A stretch of 64,000 nt of DNA. Source: an uncultured Chloroflexia bacterium. Its GTDB lineage: Bacteria > Chloroflexota > Dormibacteria > Aeolococcales > Aeolococcaceae. Both the position numbers and the translations under genes were made by a program. This document shows positions 10,368-19,986 of this stretch, piece after piece. Positions within the stretch are counted from its first letter, which is position 1; the number at the start of each line of letters is the position of its first letter. The stretch spans positions 741,248 through 805,247 of the forward strand of contig CAVOOO010000009.1 in NCBI GenBank assembly GCA_963697585.1, in the 5' to 3' direction. Under the pieces are notes generated by a model. The model saw only the letters and a list, made by a program, of their open reading frames with translations. It had not been told where the DNA came from and made no database searches.

Positions 10368-10799
10368 ATGACCAACACCGCCTGGGAATCCCTGCACGAC
10401 CTCCCCCGGGGCAGCAACGGCCTGGAGCGCGCCGCCCGAGCCCTCCGCGAGGCCTCCCCCCGCCACACCTCGGTCTACCTGTACGGCCTGGAGGGCGACA
10501 CCCTGGTCCTCCGGGCTCTGAGTGGACGGCCGACCGAGCACACCCGGATCCAGGTCGGCGAGGGGGTCTGCGGGCGCGCCGTCGCCAGCGGGGCGAGCCA
10601 GGTGGTCGCCGACGTCGCCGGTGATCCCGATTACGTCTCCTGCAGCCTGGAGACGCGCTCCGAGTGCGTCGTCCTGGTCCGGCGCGGGGGCCGGGTGGTG
10701 GGCCAGATCGACATCGACAGCGATCTCCCCGACGCCTTCACCCCGGAGGACGTCGACAGCCTCGAGAGAGCGGCGGAGCTGCTCGGCCCCCTCCTCTGA
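10368..10799 (+). CDS. GAF-domain protein, free methionine-R-sulfoxide reductase (MsrC/fRMsr)-like
   Basis: Motifs GEGVCG, YVSC, SECVV and DIDS, characteristic of fRMsr-type GAF domains. Confidence 0.75.
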   Translation: MTNTAWESLHDLPRGSNGLERAARALREASPRHTSVYLYGLEGDTLVLRALSGRPTEHTRIQVGEGVCGRAVASGASQVVADVAGDPDYVSCSLETRSECVVLVRRGGRVVGQIDIDSDLPDAFTPEDVDSLERAAELLGPLL

Positions 10800-10877
10800 A
10801 CCGGGCCCACGTGGGCCCGGCGGCCGCCCCCGGGCGGGTCGAACCGGCCGGGACCATGCTCACGCCGCTCCCGACCT

Positions 10878-11483
10878 TCACAACCAGCCCAGCCGCTCGG
10901 CGACCCGCACCGCCTCGATGCGGTTGCGTGCCCCCGTCTTCTGGATCGCCGACGAGAGGTAATTCCGAACCGTGCCCTCGGAGAGGAAGTGCCGGGTGGC
11001 GATGGTGGCGATGCTCGAGCCGTCAACGGCGGCGGCGAGGACCTCCCGCTCGCGCGGAGAGAGGGGGTTGGGACCGGCGCTCAGCGCCGCTGCGGCGAGC
11101 TGGGGGTCGAGCACGCGCTCACCCGCCACCGTCCGCCGGATCGACGCGGCGAGAGCCTCGACGGGCCCGTCCTTCACCAGGAAGCCCGCGGCTCCAGCCT
11201 CCATGGCACGGCGCAGGTAACCCGGACGGGCGAACGTGGTCAGGATGATGATCACGCACCCCGGCAGGCTCGCGTGCAGCTCAGCCGCCGCGGCCAGCCC
11301 ATCGCGCCCGGGCATCTCGATGTCGAGAAGGGCCACGTCGGGCCGGCTCGCCAGGGCCAGGGTGAGGACCTGGTCCCCCGACCCCGTCTGGGCCACGACC
11401 TCCATGTCAGGCTCCATGCCGAGCAGGGTCGCCAGGGCACCCCGGACCATCCCCTGGTCCTCGGCGATGAGGATGCGGATCAC
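10878..11483 (-). CDS. NarL/DesR-family response regulator
   Basis: IRILIAEDQ, LLDIEMPG, TTFARPGY, and LuxR HTH LSPRERE...LSEGTVRNYLS. GTGA overlap with the kinase stop. Confidence 0.93.
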   Translation of the reverse strand: MIRILIAEDQGMVRGALATLLGMEPDMEVVAQTGSGDQVLTLALASRPDVALLDIEMPGRDGLAAAAELHASLPGCVIIILTTFARPGYLRRAMEAGAAGFLVKDGPVEALAASIRRTVAGERVLDPQLAAAALSAGPNPLSPREREVLAAAVDGSSIATIATRHFLSEGTVRNYLSSAIQKTGARNRIEAVRVAERLGWL

Positions 11484-12964
11484 CCGGCCGGCACCTCGAC
11501 GCGGAGGCGGAAGCCCCCTCCCGGTGCGGCGCCGGTCACGAGGGTGCCCCCGGCGGCGGTCATCCGCTCTCGGAGGCCGCTCAGCCCGCTTCCGCCCGGG
11601 CCGGCGGCCGCCGATTCCGCACCACCAGGCGGACCGGCTCCGTTGTCGGTGAACTCCAGGCGGATCCTCCCCGCCTCCGATGCGATCGAGATGCGGCAAC
11701 TGTCGGCCCGGCTGTGGCGGAGCAGATTGGTCACCCCCTCGCGCACCGCCCAGGCGAGGAGACCATCGGCCGGCGGTCCGGGCGAGTGCCAATCGCCGGG
11801 CAGCTCGACGCGAACACCGGCGGCGGTCAGGATCTCGTCGGCATTGCGCAACTCCTCGGCCAGTGACCGCTGCCGGTACCCGGTCACCATCTCCCGCACC
11901 GCGGAGAGCGATTCGTGGGCAACCGCCTCGAGCTCCTGCAGGGAGGTCCGGGCCGCGGCCGGGTCGCGCTCGATGAGACGGCGCGCCACCTGGCTCTTGA
12001 GGGCGATCACCGACAGGCTGTGTCCCAGCACGTCGTGGAGGTCACGGGAGAAGCGGAGGCGCTCCTCGGCCACCGCGAGATGGGCTATCTCCTCGCGCGC
12101 GCGGCGGCGCTCGATCATCAGCCAGACGACGGCCCGGTAGAAGATCACGGTGGCGCCGAGCGCGACGGTCATGAGGGCGTCGAACAGGACCTGCGCGAGG
12201 CTGTATCCGACCGCCAGAGCACTGACCGTCAGGGCGGCCAGGAGCACCACCCCGGCGGTGGCCGCCCGGGGGCGCAGGCTCCAGCCGGTGACGACACCCG
12301 CATAGATCAGGAGGCCTCCGAAGTCGGCGCCGAACCCGAAGGCGAGCCCGATCGTGACGGCGACGAAACCCGCAGCGGGCAGCAACCGGATGGGGCGCTC
12401 AGGCTCGCTGCGGAATCCGGTGGCGAGCCACATGCTGATCAGGTAGAGGGCGGCGAAAACGGTCAGCAGCGCCCATGCGAGCGCGGTCCTGGCGGCACTC
12501 CAGCGCCCCGAGAGGATGTCGCTGATCGGATAGGCGACGAACACGAGCCAGATGCCGGGCCAGAAGAGGCGATAGAGGACGCGCACCCCCGGGCTGTCGA
12601 CTCGCGAAAGCCGGTCGAGCAGACCGGAGGGCCGGGCCGCGCCGAACGAGCCCTCCGAGACCGGATGATCGGCGGCGTCGCGCCCCGACGGACGGCGAAT
12701 CGGGTGGAGGTGCGCCTGCGCAGGACCACCGGCGAGCGGGTCCGCCATCGACGGCATGCTATCAGGGCGCCGATGGCCCGGCCCCGAGGGTGCGCCGGCC
12801 GGTGAGCCCACCACCGGCGACGTCGACATCGTCCACTCGGGGCGGGCGGGCTGCGCCGCCGTGGTGCCGCCGTGCAACGCGCAGGCGGCCCAGACCAGAG
12901 CGCCCCCACGCAGCGTGTATGCGACAGCCTCGTTGGAGCAACCGGCGGTCCGGCAGACGATCAT
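11480..12964 (-). CDS. DesK-like membrane sensor histidine kinase (HisKA_3); alternative start at 12748
   Basis: Several TM helices, ERLRFSRDLHDVLGHSLS, REGVTNLLRHS, DNG and GSGLSGLRER. Two plausible starts: 12964 (RBS GGAGGTGA) and 12748 (TAGCAT-N7-ATG). Confidence 0.9.
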   Translation of the reverse strand: MIVCRTAGCSNEAVAYTLRGGALVWAACALHGGTTAAQPARPEWTMSTSPVVGSPAGAPSGPGHRRPDSMPSMADPLAGGPAQAHLHPIRRPSGRDAADHPVSEGSFGAARPSGLLDRLSRVDSPGVRVLYRLFWPGIWLVFVAYPISDILSGRWSAARTALAWALLTVFAALYLISMWLATGFRSEPERPIRLLPAAGFVAVTIGLAFGFGADFGGLLIYAGVVTGWSLRPRAATAGVVLLAALTVSALAVGYSLAQVLFDALMTVALGATVIFYRAVVWLMIERRRAREEIAHLAVAEERLRFSRDLHDVLGHSLSVIALKSQVARRLIERDPAAARTSLQELEAVAHESLSAVREMVTGYRQRSLAEELRNADEILTAAGVRVELPGDWHSPGPPADGLLAWAVREGVTNLLRHSRADSCRISIASEAGRIRLEFTDNGAGPPGGAESAAAGPGGSGLSGLRERMTAAGGTLVTGAAPGGGFRLRVEVPAG

Positions 12965-13007
12965 GCGCTCACCTCCGGGAACCCGCCCCGGCGGTGCCGG
13001 CGGTGAC

Positions 13008-13142
13008 CTACCCCCCCGAGTTCCTGGTGCGTCCGTAGGCGCCTCGCAGGCTGGCCCAGCCCCTCCATATCAGGCCGATCCCGGCCAGGAGGACGCCGAG
13101 CCCGATCGGTGAACCCCATCCGAGCAGCGTGGTCCAGTCCAT
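13008..13142 (-). CDS. Unannotated 44-aa membrane microprotein MDWTTLLGWGSPIGLGVLLAGIGLIWRGWASLRGAYGRTRNSGG
   Basis: Read by hand (below the ORF-track size cutoff). ATG with GAGGTG upstream, a single Gly-rich hydrophobic helix and a basic tail. Confidence 0.7.
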   Translation of the reverse strand: MDWTTLLGWGSPIGLGVLLAGIGLIWRGWASLRGAYGRTRNSGG

Positions 13143-13304
13143 CTCAACCCACCTCGCAGTGCACGCTCTCGCCGGTTGGAGACGTCACCCGATCAGCCCG
13201 GGCCGAACGGTTCCGCCGCCGCCCCACCGGCGCTCGATTGACCATTCCAGGACCCTATGGCGCCGCGGCGCCGAGCGGTTAGTGGGGCAGATCCAGAAGT
13301 CGCG

Positions 13305-13318
13305 GTGACATTTGTCAT
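13305..13318. promoter_or_regulatory. TGACA-N2-TGTCA palindrome, candidate DesR/NarL-type binding site
   Basis: GTGACATTTGTCAT lies about 50 bp upstream of a minus-strand TAGGGT (13252-13257) that precedes the microprotein-kinase-regulator unit. Confidence 0.6.
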
Positions 13319-13467
13319 GCCGGCGTTGACGCTGGCGGGCCGGCGACGCGCGGTCAGTCCGGCGCTGACGCGGTCAGGCCGGCGTTGACACGGGCAGGCC
13401 GGCGTTGACGTGGTCCGCTCGCGCGCGGCGCGCAGCGCGACACCGGCGGGAGCGCAAGATCGAACCG

Positions 13468-14655
13468 GTGAGCGCCGAGGATGCCGACGTCGTGGTGGTC
13501 GGGGCCGGCCCCAGTGGAGCGGCCACGGCGCTGCTGCTGGCGCGCGCGGGTCACCGGGCGGTCGTCCTGGACCGGGCCCATTTCCCCCGCGACAAGGCGT
13601 GCGGTGAGGGGCTGATGCCGAGCGGCGTCGCCGTGCTGCGCCGCCTGGGCCTGCTCGACGCCGTGCTGGCGGCCGGTGCGCCCAGGCTCCACTCCGTCAC
13701 CTATCGGGTCGCCGGCAACCCCTCGACCGCGACCGCGGCCTTCCCGACCCCACCCGGAGGCGGGCCCGCCTGGGGGCTCGGCGTGCGGCGGCTGCACTCC
13801 GATGCCGTCGCAGCGGCCGCACTCCGGATCGAACCGCGGGTGAGCTTCGCCGAGGGGGTGCGCGCGACCGGCCTCCGCCGAGACGGGCGCGGCGTGATCA
13901 CCGGCGTGCTCACCGAGGATTCCGCCATCAGTGCTCGGGCCGTGGTCGCCGCCGACGGGCTGCACTCAGCGATGCGCGCGGCCGCCGGCTGGACCTCACC
14001 GGCAACCGCGCCCGGCCGCTACGGTCTGGCCGGGCACTGGCGCGTCGACACCCGCGCCACCCCGGGCATCACCGTGACCTTCGCACGCGGTCACGAGTGG
14101 TACCAGGCACCGGTCGGTCCCGACGAGCTGCTGGTTTCGGTGCTCGGCGACCGCGCCACCGTCGGCGCCATCGCCCGCGACTATGCGGGGGCGGCGCGCG
14201 CGGCGCTGCCGGCCCTCGCGGAGGCGGAGCCGGCCGGGGAGCCGCTCGCCGCCGGGCTCTTCCGCCAGCGGCCCCGCCGGGTGGCCGGCGATGGCCTCTT
14301 CCTGGTCGGAGACGCCGCCGGCTACGACGACCCCACCACCGGCGAGGGGATCGCCATCGGCCTGCTGGCGGCGGAGCGCCTGGCGCTCCACCTCGACTCC
14401 ACGCTCGGCGGGCGGATCTCGCCGGCTGCGGCCGCGACCGCCTACGCGCTGGACGACGGCCGGCTGCGGCGGGATCGACGCCGGCTCACCGGTCTGGCGC
14501 TGCTGATGGCGCGACACCCGGGGGTGAGCCGGCGGGCCATCGCCCGGGCGGCGGCGCGCCCCACGGCCCTCCAGGCCCTGCTCGGGGTGAACTGCGGCTA
14601 CTGGGGCTTCGGGCGGCTCTCACCCCGCGATTGGCTCTCCCTGGCCGGCATCTGA
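13468..14655 (+). CDS. FAD-dependent monooxygenase/oxidoreductase (SrsC/AgqC-like)
   Basis: Motifs VVGAGPSG, FPRDKACGEG, AADG and LVGDAAGYDDPTTGEG. Adjacent to a type III PKS. Confidence 0.85.
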   Translation: MSAEDADVVVVGAGPSGAATALLLARAGHRAVVLDRAHFPRDKACGEGLMPSGVAVLRRLGLLDAVLAAGAPRLHSVTYRVAGNPSTATAAFPTPPGGGPAWGLGVRRLHSDAVAAAALRIEPRVSFAEGVRATGLRRDGRGVITGVLTEDSAISARAVVAADGLHSAMRAAAGWTSPATAPGRYGLAGHWRVDTRATPGITVTFARGHEWYQAPVGPDELLVSVLGDRATVGAIARDYAGAARAALPALAEAEPAGEPLAAGLFRQRPRRVAGDGLFLVGDAAGYDDPTTGEGIAIGLLAAERLALHLDSTLGGRISPAAAATAYALDDGRLRRDRRRLTGLALLMARHPGVSRRAIARAAARPTALQALLGVNCGYWGFGRLSPRDWLSLAGI

Positions 14656-14682
14656 ACCGGACGGGCGCGCCGTCACGCGCCC

Positions 14683-15303
14683 TCAGTCCGCTGCGCCCCT
14701 GCCGCGGGCCACGTCATCCGCGGTCCCGCCGCGCCCCACCCACCGGTCCCGGCTGGGGAGCAGTCGGGGGATCCCGGCGAATGCCTCCCGGTAGCCCGGC
14801 ACCCCCTCCAGCAGCGCCTCCTCGGCGCGGATCCGCGGAACCAGGACGGCGGCGTTGGCCATGCTGAGCAGCACCGCCTCGGGGTAGGCGCCGACGGCCA
14901 CCGGAAGGGCCGCGAACTCGAGGATGACGGCCAGGTAGTTGGGATGCCGGACCCAGCGGTAGGGACCGCCGGTGACCACCTCCATCCTCTCCGGAACCAC
15001 GGCCTTCACGTTCCAGGCCGGGCCCAGGCAGGTGATCACCCAGAGGCGGAGCCCGACCGCCGCCGCCAGGCCGGTCAGCGCGGCCAGCTCGAGCGGGAGT
15101 GGCGGGCGCCGCCGCCGTGGCGCCACGCAGACGCCGAAGAGCGCGACGTTGACGGAGACCATGAGCGGGAAGCTCCGCGGCGCGGCCTGGCGTCCCCCGC
15201 CCCCCCGACGCAGGTTGCGCGCCGACCAGACCAGCTCGGCGAGCCGCATCGCCCCGAGCCCGACCACCAGCGCCGAGCGGCCGCGCCGGCTCAGCACTGC
15301 CAC
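14683..15303 (-). CDS. Isoprenylcysteine-carboxyl-methyltransferase family O-methyltransferase (SrsB/BpsB-like)
   Basis: Motifs GPYRWVRHPNY and RIRAEE, with hydrophobic helices. Overlaps the PKS stop codon. Confidence 0.88.
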   Translation of the reverse strand: MAVLSRRGRSALVVGLGAMRLAELVWSARNLRRGGGGRQAAPRSFPLMVSVNVALFGVCVAPRRRRPPLPLELAALTGLAAAVGLRLWVITCLGPAWNVKAVVPERMEVVTGGPYRWVRHPNYLAVILEFAALPVAVGAYPEAVLLSMANAAVLVPRIRAEEALLEGVPGYREAFAGIPRLLPSRDRWVGRGGTADDVARGRGAAD

Positions 15304-16403
15304 GCCAGCTCCAGGAGCTCGATCGAGAGCCCCGGGCCGAAACCGATGGCGAGACCGCGACCGCGCTGGGACGGTGGTGCACCGGCGAGCTCGCCGAGCA
15401 CCGAGAGGAGGGCCGCCGACGAGGTGTTGCCGGTGCTCCGCAGGGTGGCCCATGAGGCCGCGGTCTGATCCCTGCTCAACCCCAGGCAACGCTCCACCGC
15501 CTCGAGGATGCGGGGACCGCCGGGGTGCACGGCGACGGCCTCGAGCCGGGAGGGCGGTCGCTCACCAAGGAACTCGCGGACCAGCCCGGGCAGGGCGCCG
15601 GCGAGCAGGCGCGGGAGCCGCTGCGAGAGCACCACCTGCAGGCCGGAGTCGGCGAGCTGATAGCCCAGTGCACCGGTCGTCTCCGGCACCAGGGCGCTGC
15701 GGCCCCGTCCCATCCGCAGGCCCCGCTCCCCCGCCGTGACCACCACGGCGGCGGCGCCGTCGCCGAAGACGAGGGCGCTCAGGAGGTTGTCCACCGACTG
15801 GTCGTCAGGCCGGAAGGTGAGCGAGGGCACCTCCACCGCCACCACCAGTGCGGCCTGGTCGGGCTCGCCCCGCACCCAATCGCAGGCGCGGGCGAGACCG
15901 GCCGCACCGCCGCCGCAGCCGAAGACCGTGAAGGGCATGCGCACGACCTCGGCGCGAAGCCCGAGACGAGGGATCAGCATCACGTCGACCCCGGGGAGGA
16001 CGAACCCGGTGCACGAGGCCAGCACCAGCAGCCCGACCTCCCGGGGAGCGACACCGGCGGCGGTCAGGGCACGGGTCGCCGCCTCCTCGGCCAGCGCCGG
16101 CGCGACCCGCCGGTAGAGGGCGGTCTGGGCCGACGGGGTCAGCGGGACGGCGAGCTCGGACGGGGGCCTGACCAGGCGACGTCCGACGCAGGCGGATTGG
16201 TCGAGGAGAGGCCCGAGGTGACGCGAGAGCCCGGGCCACACCGCGGCCACCACCGATGCGACCTCCTCGGGCCCCGCGGGATGCGCCGGAGACGCGCTCC
16301 CGAACCCGGCGAGCCGGACCGGCGAGGACGCGGCATCCGGCAACGCGGGCCGTGGGGCGGCGACCCCGGGGTGGGCCCGAAGAGGCCTCAGCCCGGCACC
16401 CAC
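15291..16403 (-). CDS. Type III polyketide synthase (chalcone-synthase family)
   Basis: Catalytic triad contexts FGCGGG (Cys), VHPGGPRI (His) and GNTSSA (Asn), plus FGDGAAA and GFGPG. Confidence 0.93.
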   Translation of the reverse strand: MGAGLRPLRAHPGVAAPRPALPDAASSPVRLAGFGSASPAHPAGPEEVASVVAAVWPGLSRHLGPLLDQSACVGRRLVRPPSELAVPLTPSAQTALYRRVAPALAEEAATRALTAAGVAPREVGLLVLASCTGFVLPGVDVMLIPRLGLRAEVVRMPFTVFGCGGGAAGLARACDWVRGEPDQAALVVAVEVPSLTFRPDDQSVDNLLSALVFGDGAAAVVVTAGERGLRMGRGRSALVPETTGALGYQLADSGLQVVLSQRLPRLLAGALPGLVREFLGERPPSRLEAVAVHPGGPRILEAVERCLGLSRDQTAASWATLRSTGNTSSAALLSVLGELAGAPPSQRGRGLAIGFGPGLSIELLELAWQC

Positions 16404-16571
16404 CGCACCTCCACCTCGGCGCGCCGGCCACGCTCCGACGATTCACCTGCCCGGCTCGCCGGATCGAGCGGTCGCGCGCACACGCTGCCAAGTGTGTGCC
16501 ACGGGGCGCGATCGCCGGTCAACTCGATCCCGCGACAAGCCCTCGCGCGATACTCCCTCACGGGTGAGGCG

Positions 16572-17447
16572 TTGATCCGAGAACGCAGCGACGCGCGGGC
16601 GGAGCGGACCGCATCGAGGCCGACGGGGTCGGCCCGATGGCGGGCCGTCTTCTCCCTGCTCCATCCCGGACCCTCGCTGCTGGTCACCGCGTGCTTCGTC
16701 GCGGCCGCGGCCGCGGCCCGTCACCGGCTCCCCGACCCGCTCACCGGCCTGCGCCTGGTTGCGGTGATGCTGCCCCTGCAGTTCGCCATCGGTGCGTTCA
16801 ACGATCTCCGCGACCAGGAGGACGATCGCGCCGGCAAGCCGGGGAAGCCGCTCGCCAGGGGGGCGGTCAGCCCGGCACTCGCGGCGGCCGCGTCGGTCGC
16901 CGGCTTCGGGATCGCGCTGGTGATGGCGGCCACCTTCCCCCTGCCCACCCTCCCCCTTGCGGGGGTCTGCGCGGCCGCGGGCATCGCCTACGACCTCGGT
17001 CTCAAGCGGGGAGCACTCTCGTGGCTCCCCTTCTGGGTCGGGTTCGCCTGCCTGCCCCTGACCGCCGGAGCCGCCGTCGGAGAGCTGAGCGCGCGGGTGG
17101 TGCTGGCGGCGCCTCCGCTCGCCCTCGGCCTGGCCCTCAGCGTCCAGCTCGCCAACGCCCTGCCCGACATCGAGGCCGACCGGCGGAGCGGCTCGGCGGG
17201 GCTGGCGGTGCGGCTCGACGCGGTGTGGGCCCGCCGCCTCAGCCTGGGGCTGGGGGCGCTGGCGGGCCTGGCCGCCGTGGCCGCGGCGCCGGCGCTGGCA
17301 CAGCCGGTCGCGGTCGTGGCCGCCGGGGCGGTGCCCCTGGTCGGGGCCGTGCTCCTGCTCGCGGTGCACCCGCTGCCGCGCCCCTTCCCGCTGCTGGCAC
17401 CGGCGGTGGGGGTGCTCGCCGCGGTGTGGCTTCTCGCCCTGCCCTGA
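16572..17447 (+). CDS. UbiA-family prenyltransferase
   Basis: Asp-rich motifs NDLRDQEDD and NALPDIEAD, KPL in the loop, YD-x-x-LK and many TM helices. The start is approximate. Confidence 0.85.
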   Translation: MIRERSDARAERTASRPTGSARWRAVFSLLHPGPSLLVTACFVAAAAAARHRLPDPLTGLRLVAVMLPLQFAIGAFNDLRDQEDDRAGKPGKPLARGAVSPALAAAASVAGFGIALVMAATFPLPTLPLAGVCAAAGIAYDLGLKRGALSWLPFWVGFACLPLTAGAAVGELSARVVLAAPPLALGLALSVQLANALPDIEADRRSGSAGLAVRLDAVWARRLSLGLGALAGLAAVAAAPALAQPVAVVAAGAVPLVGAVLLLAVHPLPRPFPLLAPAVGVLAAVWLLALP

Positions 17448-17589
17448 CCCGGGCGCCCGCCTGACGGCGACGCCTCAGCCGGATGAGGTGGCCCACGGAG
17501 GCCATGGCGTCGCGGCGACGTTCGGTGATCTCGCGAAGGCGCCCGGGAAGCCCGGCGGGACGGCGTCACGCCGCCGCCCCGCCGGCGCC

Positions 17590-17907
17590 TCACATGACGT
17601 CGAAGGTCTCGGCGACCTCGATGGAGGCACCACCCTGCAGCACCGGGCAGCCCTGGGCGAGGGCGACCGCGGCGTCGAGGCTCGCCGCCTCGACCAGGCT
17701 GTAGCCGCTCACCGGGTTGGCTCCGCCGCCCGCCGAGACCGAGCCGTCGGGGGCGACCGTGCGGGCCTGGGAGACCGGGTTGCCAGGGTCGGTGATCGCG
17801 CCACCGGCGCTGGCGAACCAGGCTCCCCAGGCGGCCATCACCTTGGCCTGCTCCTCCTGGGACTCGGGCATGCCACCACCGTGATACGCAAGCAGGAACT
17901 TCGCCAC
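17590..17907 (-). CDS. YciI-like protein
   Basis: KFLLAYHGG...WGAWF...GYSLVEAASLDAAVALAQGCP...IEV, a YCII-related pattern. The GTG start has GGAGG upstream. Confidence 0.75.
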   Translation of the reverse strand: MAKFLLAYHGGGMPESQEEQAKVMAAWGAWFASAGGAITDPGNPVSQARTVAPDGSVSAGGGANPVSGYSLVEAASLDAAVALAQGCPVLQGGASIEVAETFDVM

Positions 17908-18178
17908 GGACGCGCCCTCCTTCTCTCCGCCGCGGCCGGTCGGCGCCATGGCTCTCGTGTGAGCGCCGTCTCCGCGGTCGGGACCCAAGCGCACGGTGTC
18001 ATGTTGGCCAGCGCCGGTCAAGACCCGCCGGATCATGAACGCGGCGTCCCCGCGTCCGGTGGCCGTCACCTCTCCTCGGCACCCTCACACGGGGTTCACA
18101 GCCGTCCCCGAAGGTGGCCCCCAGACCCGACACCGGGCGGGACGCCCGACGCCGATCCACCACCTAGGATTCGCGAGC

Positions 18179-18868
18179 ATGACCACGGTCCTGATCGTCG
18201 ACGACCAGCCGGACATCGTCCGGCTGGTCCGCGACTACCTGGAGCGCGCCGGCTTCGGAGTCCTCACCGCGGCGGACGGGGAGCAGGCGCTGCAGATCGC
18301 CCGGAGCAGCCACCCCGACCTGGTGATCCTGGATCTCACCCTGCCCCGGCTCGACGGCCTGGATGTGGCCCGCGCCCTCCGCCGGGACGGCGACGTCCCG
18401 ATCATCATGCTCACCGCCCGCACCGAGGAATCCGACCGGGTGGCGGGCCTGGAGCTCGGCGCCGACGACTATGTGACCAAGCCGTTCAGCGCCCGGGAGA
18501 TGGTGGCCCGGGTCCGGGCGGTGCTGCGCCGCACCAGCGGCGCCCGCTCCGAGGAGGAGGTGGTCCGAGTGGGCGAGAGCCTCACGCTCGACGTCCCCCG
18601 GATGGAGACGTCCGTCGAGGGCCGAACCGTCGCGCTCACCGCCACCGAGTTCCAGCTCCTGCTCCACATGGCCCGCCAGCCGGGCCGGGTGTTCACCCGC
18701 GCGCAGCTGCTCGACGCCGTGCACGGAGTCGCCATCGAGTCGTACGAGCGCGCCATCGACGCCCACATCAAGAACATCCGGCGCAAGATCGAGCGCGACC
18801 CCCGGGCGCCCCGGCTGCTGCAGACGGTGTTCGGGGTCGGCTACCGGCTCTCGGACGTGGCCCGATGA
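18179..18868 (+). CDS. OmpR-family response regulator
   Basis: VLIVDD, LDLTLP, GADDYVTKPF, and winged-helix LTATEF...TVFGVGY. Confidence 0.93.
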   Translation: MTTVLIVDDQPDIVRLVRDYLERAGFGVLTAADGEQALQIARSSHPDLVILDLTLPRLDGLDVARALRRDGDVPIIMLTARTEESDRVAGLELGADDYVTKPFSAREMVARVRAVLRRTSGARSEEEVVRVGESLTLDVPRMETSVEGRTVALTATEFQLLLHMARQPGRVFTRAQLLDAVHGVAIESYERAIDAHIKNIRRKIERDPRAPRLLQTVFGVGYRLSDVAR

Positions 18869-19986
18869 GCCACCAGCCGCCGGCCGCCGGCCGGGGGCGC
18901 GGGCGGAGCGGCCGGAACCGGCCCCCGTGGTGGCCGGAGGGGACGCCCTTCCCTCCGGAGTTCAACCGCGGGTCGGGTGAGGCATCCCGGATGGCCCGGC
19001 GGGCGGGCTGCTGCGCCGGCTGCGCCCTGCTGGTCTCGCTCGCCGCGCTCTCCGCCCTCGTCTGGCTGCTCCTCAACGCGTTCGGCCTGGTCAACTCGTC
19101 GGGAGTTGCGCGCGGGGTCACGGTCGCGGCGCTCGGCCTCTGCCTGGTCGCCGTCGTGGCCATCGCCATCACCCTGCGCAGGGTGGCCCCGCCGGTCGGG
19201 GGGCTGGTCCGGGCCGCCCGCCGCGTCGAGGCCGGCGACTACTCCGCCCGGGTCACCATCCGCGGGCCGAGGGAGGTGCGATCGCTGGCCAGGGCCTTCA
19301 ACGCGATGAGCGCCCGCCTGGAGGCCGAGGAGAGTCGCCGCCAGTCGGTGCTCGCCGACATCGCCCACGAGCTGCGCACCCCGCTCACCATCATCCGCAG
19401 CCAGGCGGAGGCGATCGCGGACGGTGTGAACCCCGCCGATGAGGCCCACATCGCACCGATCGTGGCGGCCACCCGAACCCTGGAGGCCCTGGCCGACGAC
19501 CTGCGCACCCTCACCCTCGCCGAGGCCGGCGCGCTCCATCCGGAGCGCGAGCCGGTCGACGTCGCACTGCTGGTGAACGAGACCGTCGAGGCCTTCCGCA
19601 CCGAGGCGGCCACCGCGGAGGTGAGCCTCCAGGGCCGGCTCGCCGCCGACCTGCCGGCGGTCAACGCCGACCCCGCCCAGCTCCGCCGCGTGCTCGGCAA
19701 CCTCATCGCCAACGCTCTCGCCCACACCCGTCCGGGGGGCATGGTGCGGGTGGAGGCCGGCGGCGCGCCAGGAGGGGTGACGCTCACGGTGCGCGACGAC
19801 GGCACCGGCATCCCCGCCGACCTGCTCCCGCGGGTCTTCGACCGCTTCGCCAAGGGTCCGGGCTCCACCGGGTCCGGCCTGGGACTCGCGATCGTCCGGG
19901 ACCTCGTCGAGGCCCACGGGGGGACGGTCGCGGCCGAGAGCACCGAGGGCCTCGGAACCGCGATCCGGATCACCCTGCCCGCGTGA
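18865..19986 (+). CDS. HAMP-domain sensor histidine kinase (BaeS-like)
   Basis: Two TM helices, HAMP, AHELRTPL, NLIANA, DDGTG and GSGLGL. ATGA overlap with the regulator. Confidence 0.92.
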   Translation: MSHQPPAAGRGRGRSGRNRPPWWPEGTPFPPEFNRGSGEASRMARRAGCCAGCALLVSLAALSALVWLLLNAFGLVNSSGVARGVTVAALGLCLVAVVAIAITLRRVAPPVGGLVRAARRVEAGDYSARVTIRGPREVRSLARAFNAMSARLEAEESRRQSVLADIAHELRTPLTIIRSQAEAIADGVNPADEAHIAPIVAATRTLEALADDLRTLTLAEAGALHPEREPVDVALLVNETVEAFRTEAATAEVSLQGRLAADLPAVNADPAQLRRVLGNLIANALAHTRPGGMVRVEAGGAPGGVTLTVRDDGTGIPADLLPRVFDRFAKGPGSTGSGLGLAIVRDLVEAHGGTVAAESTEGLGTAIRITLPA

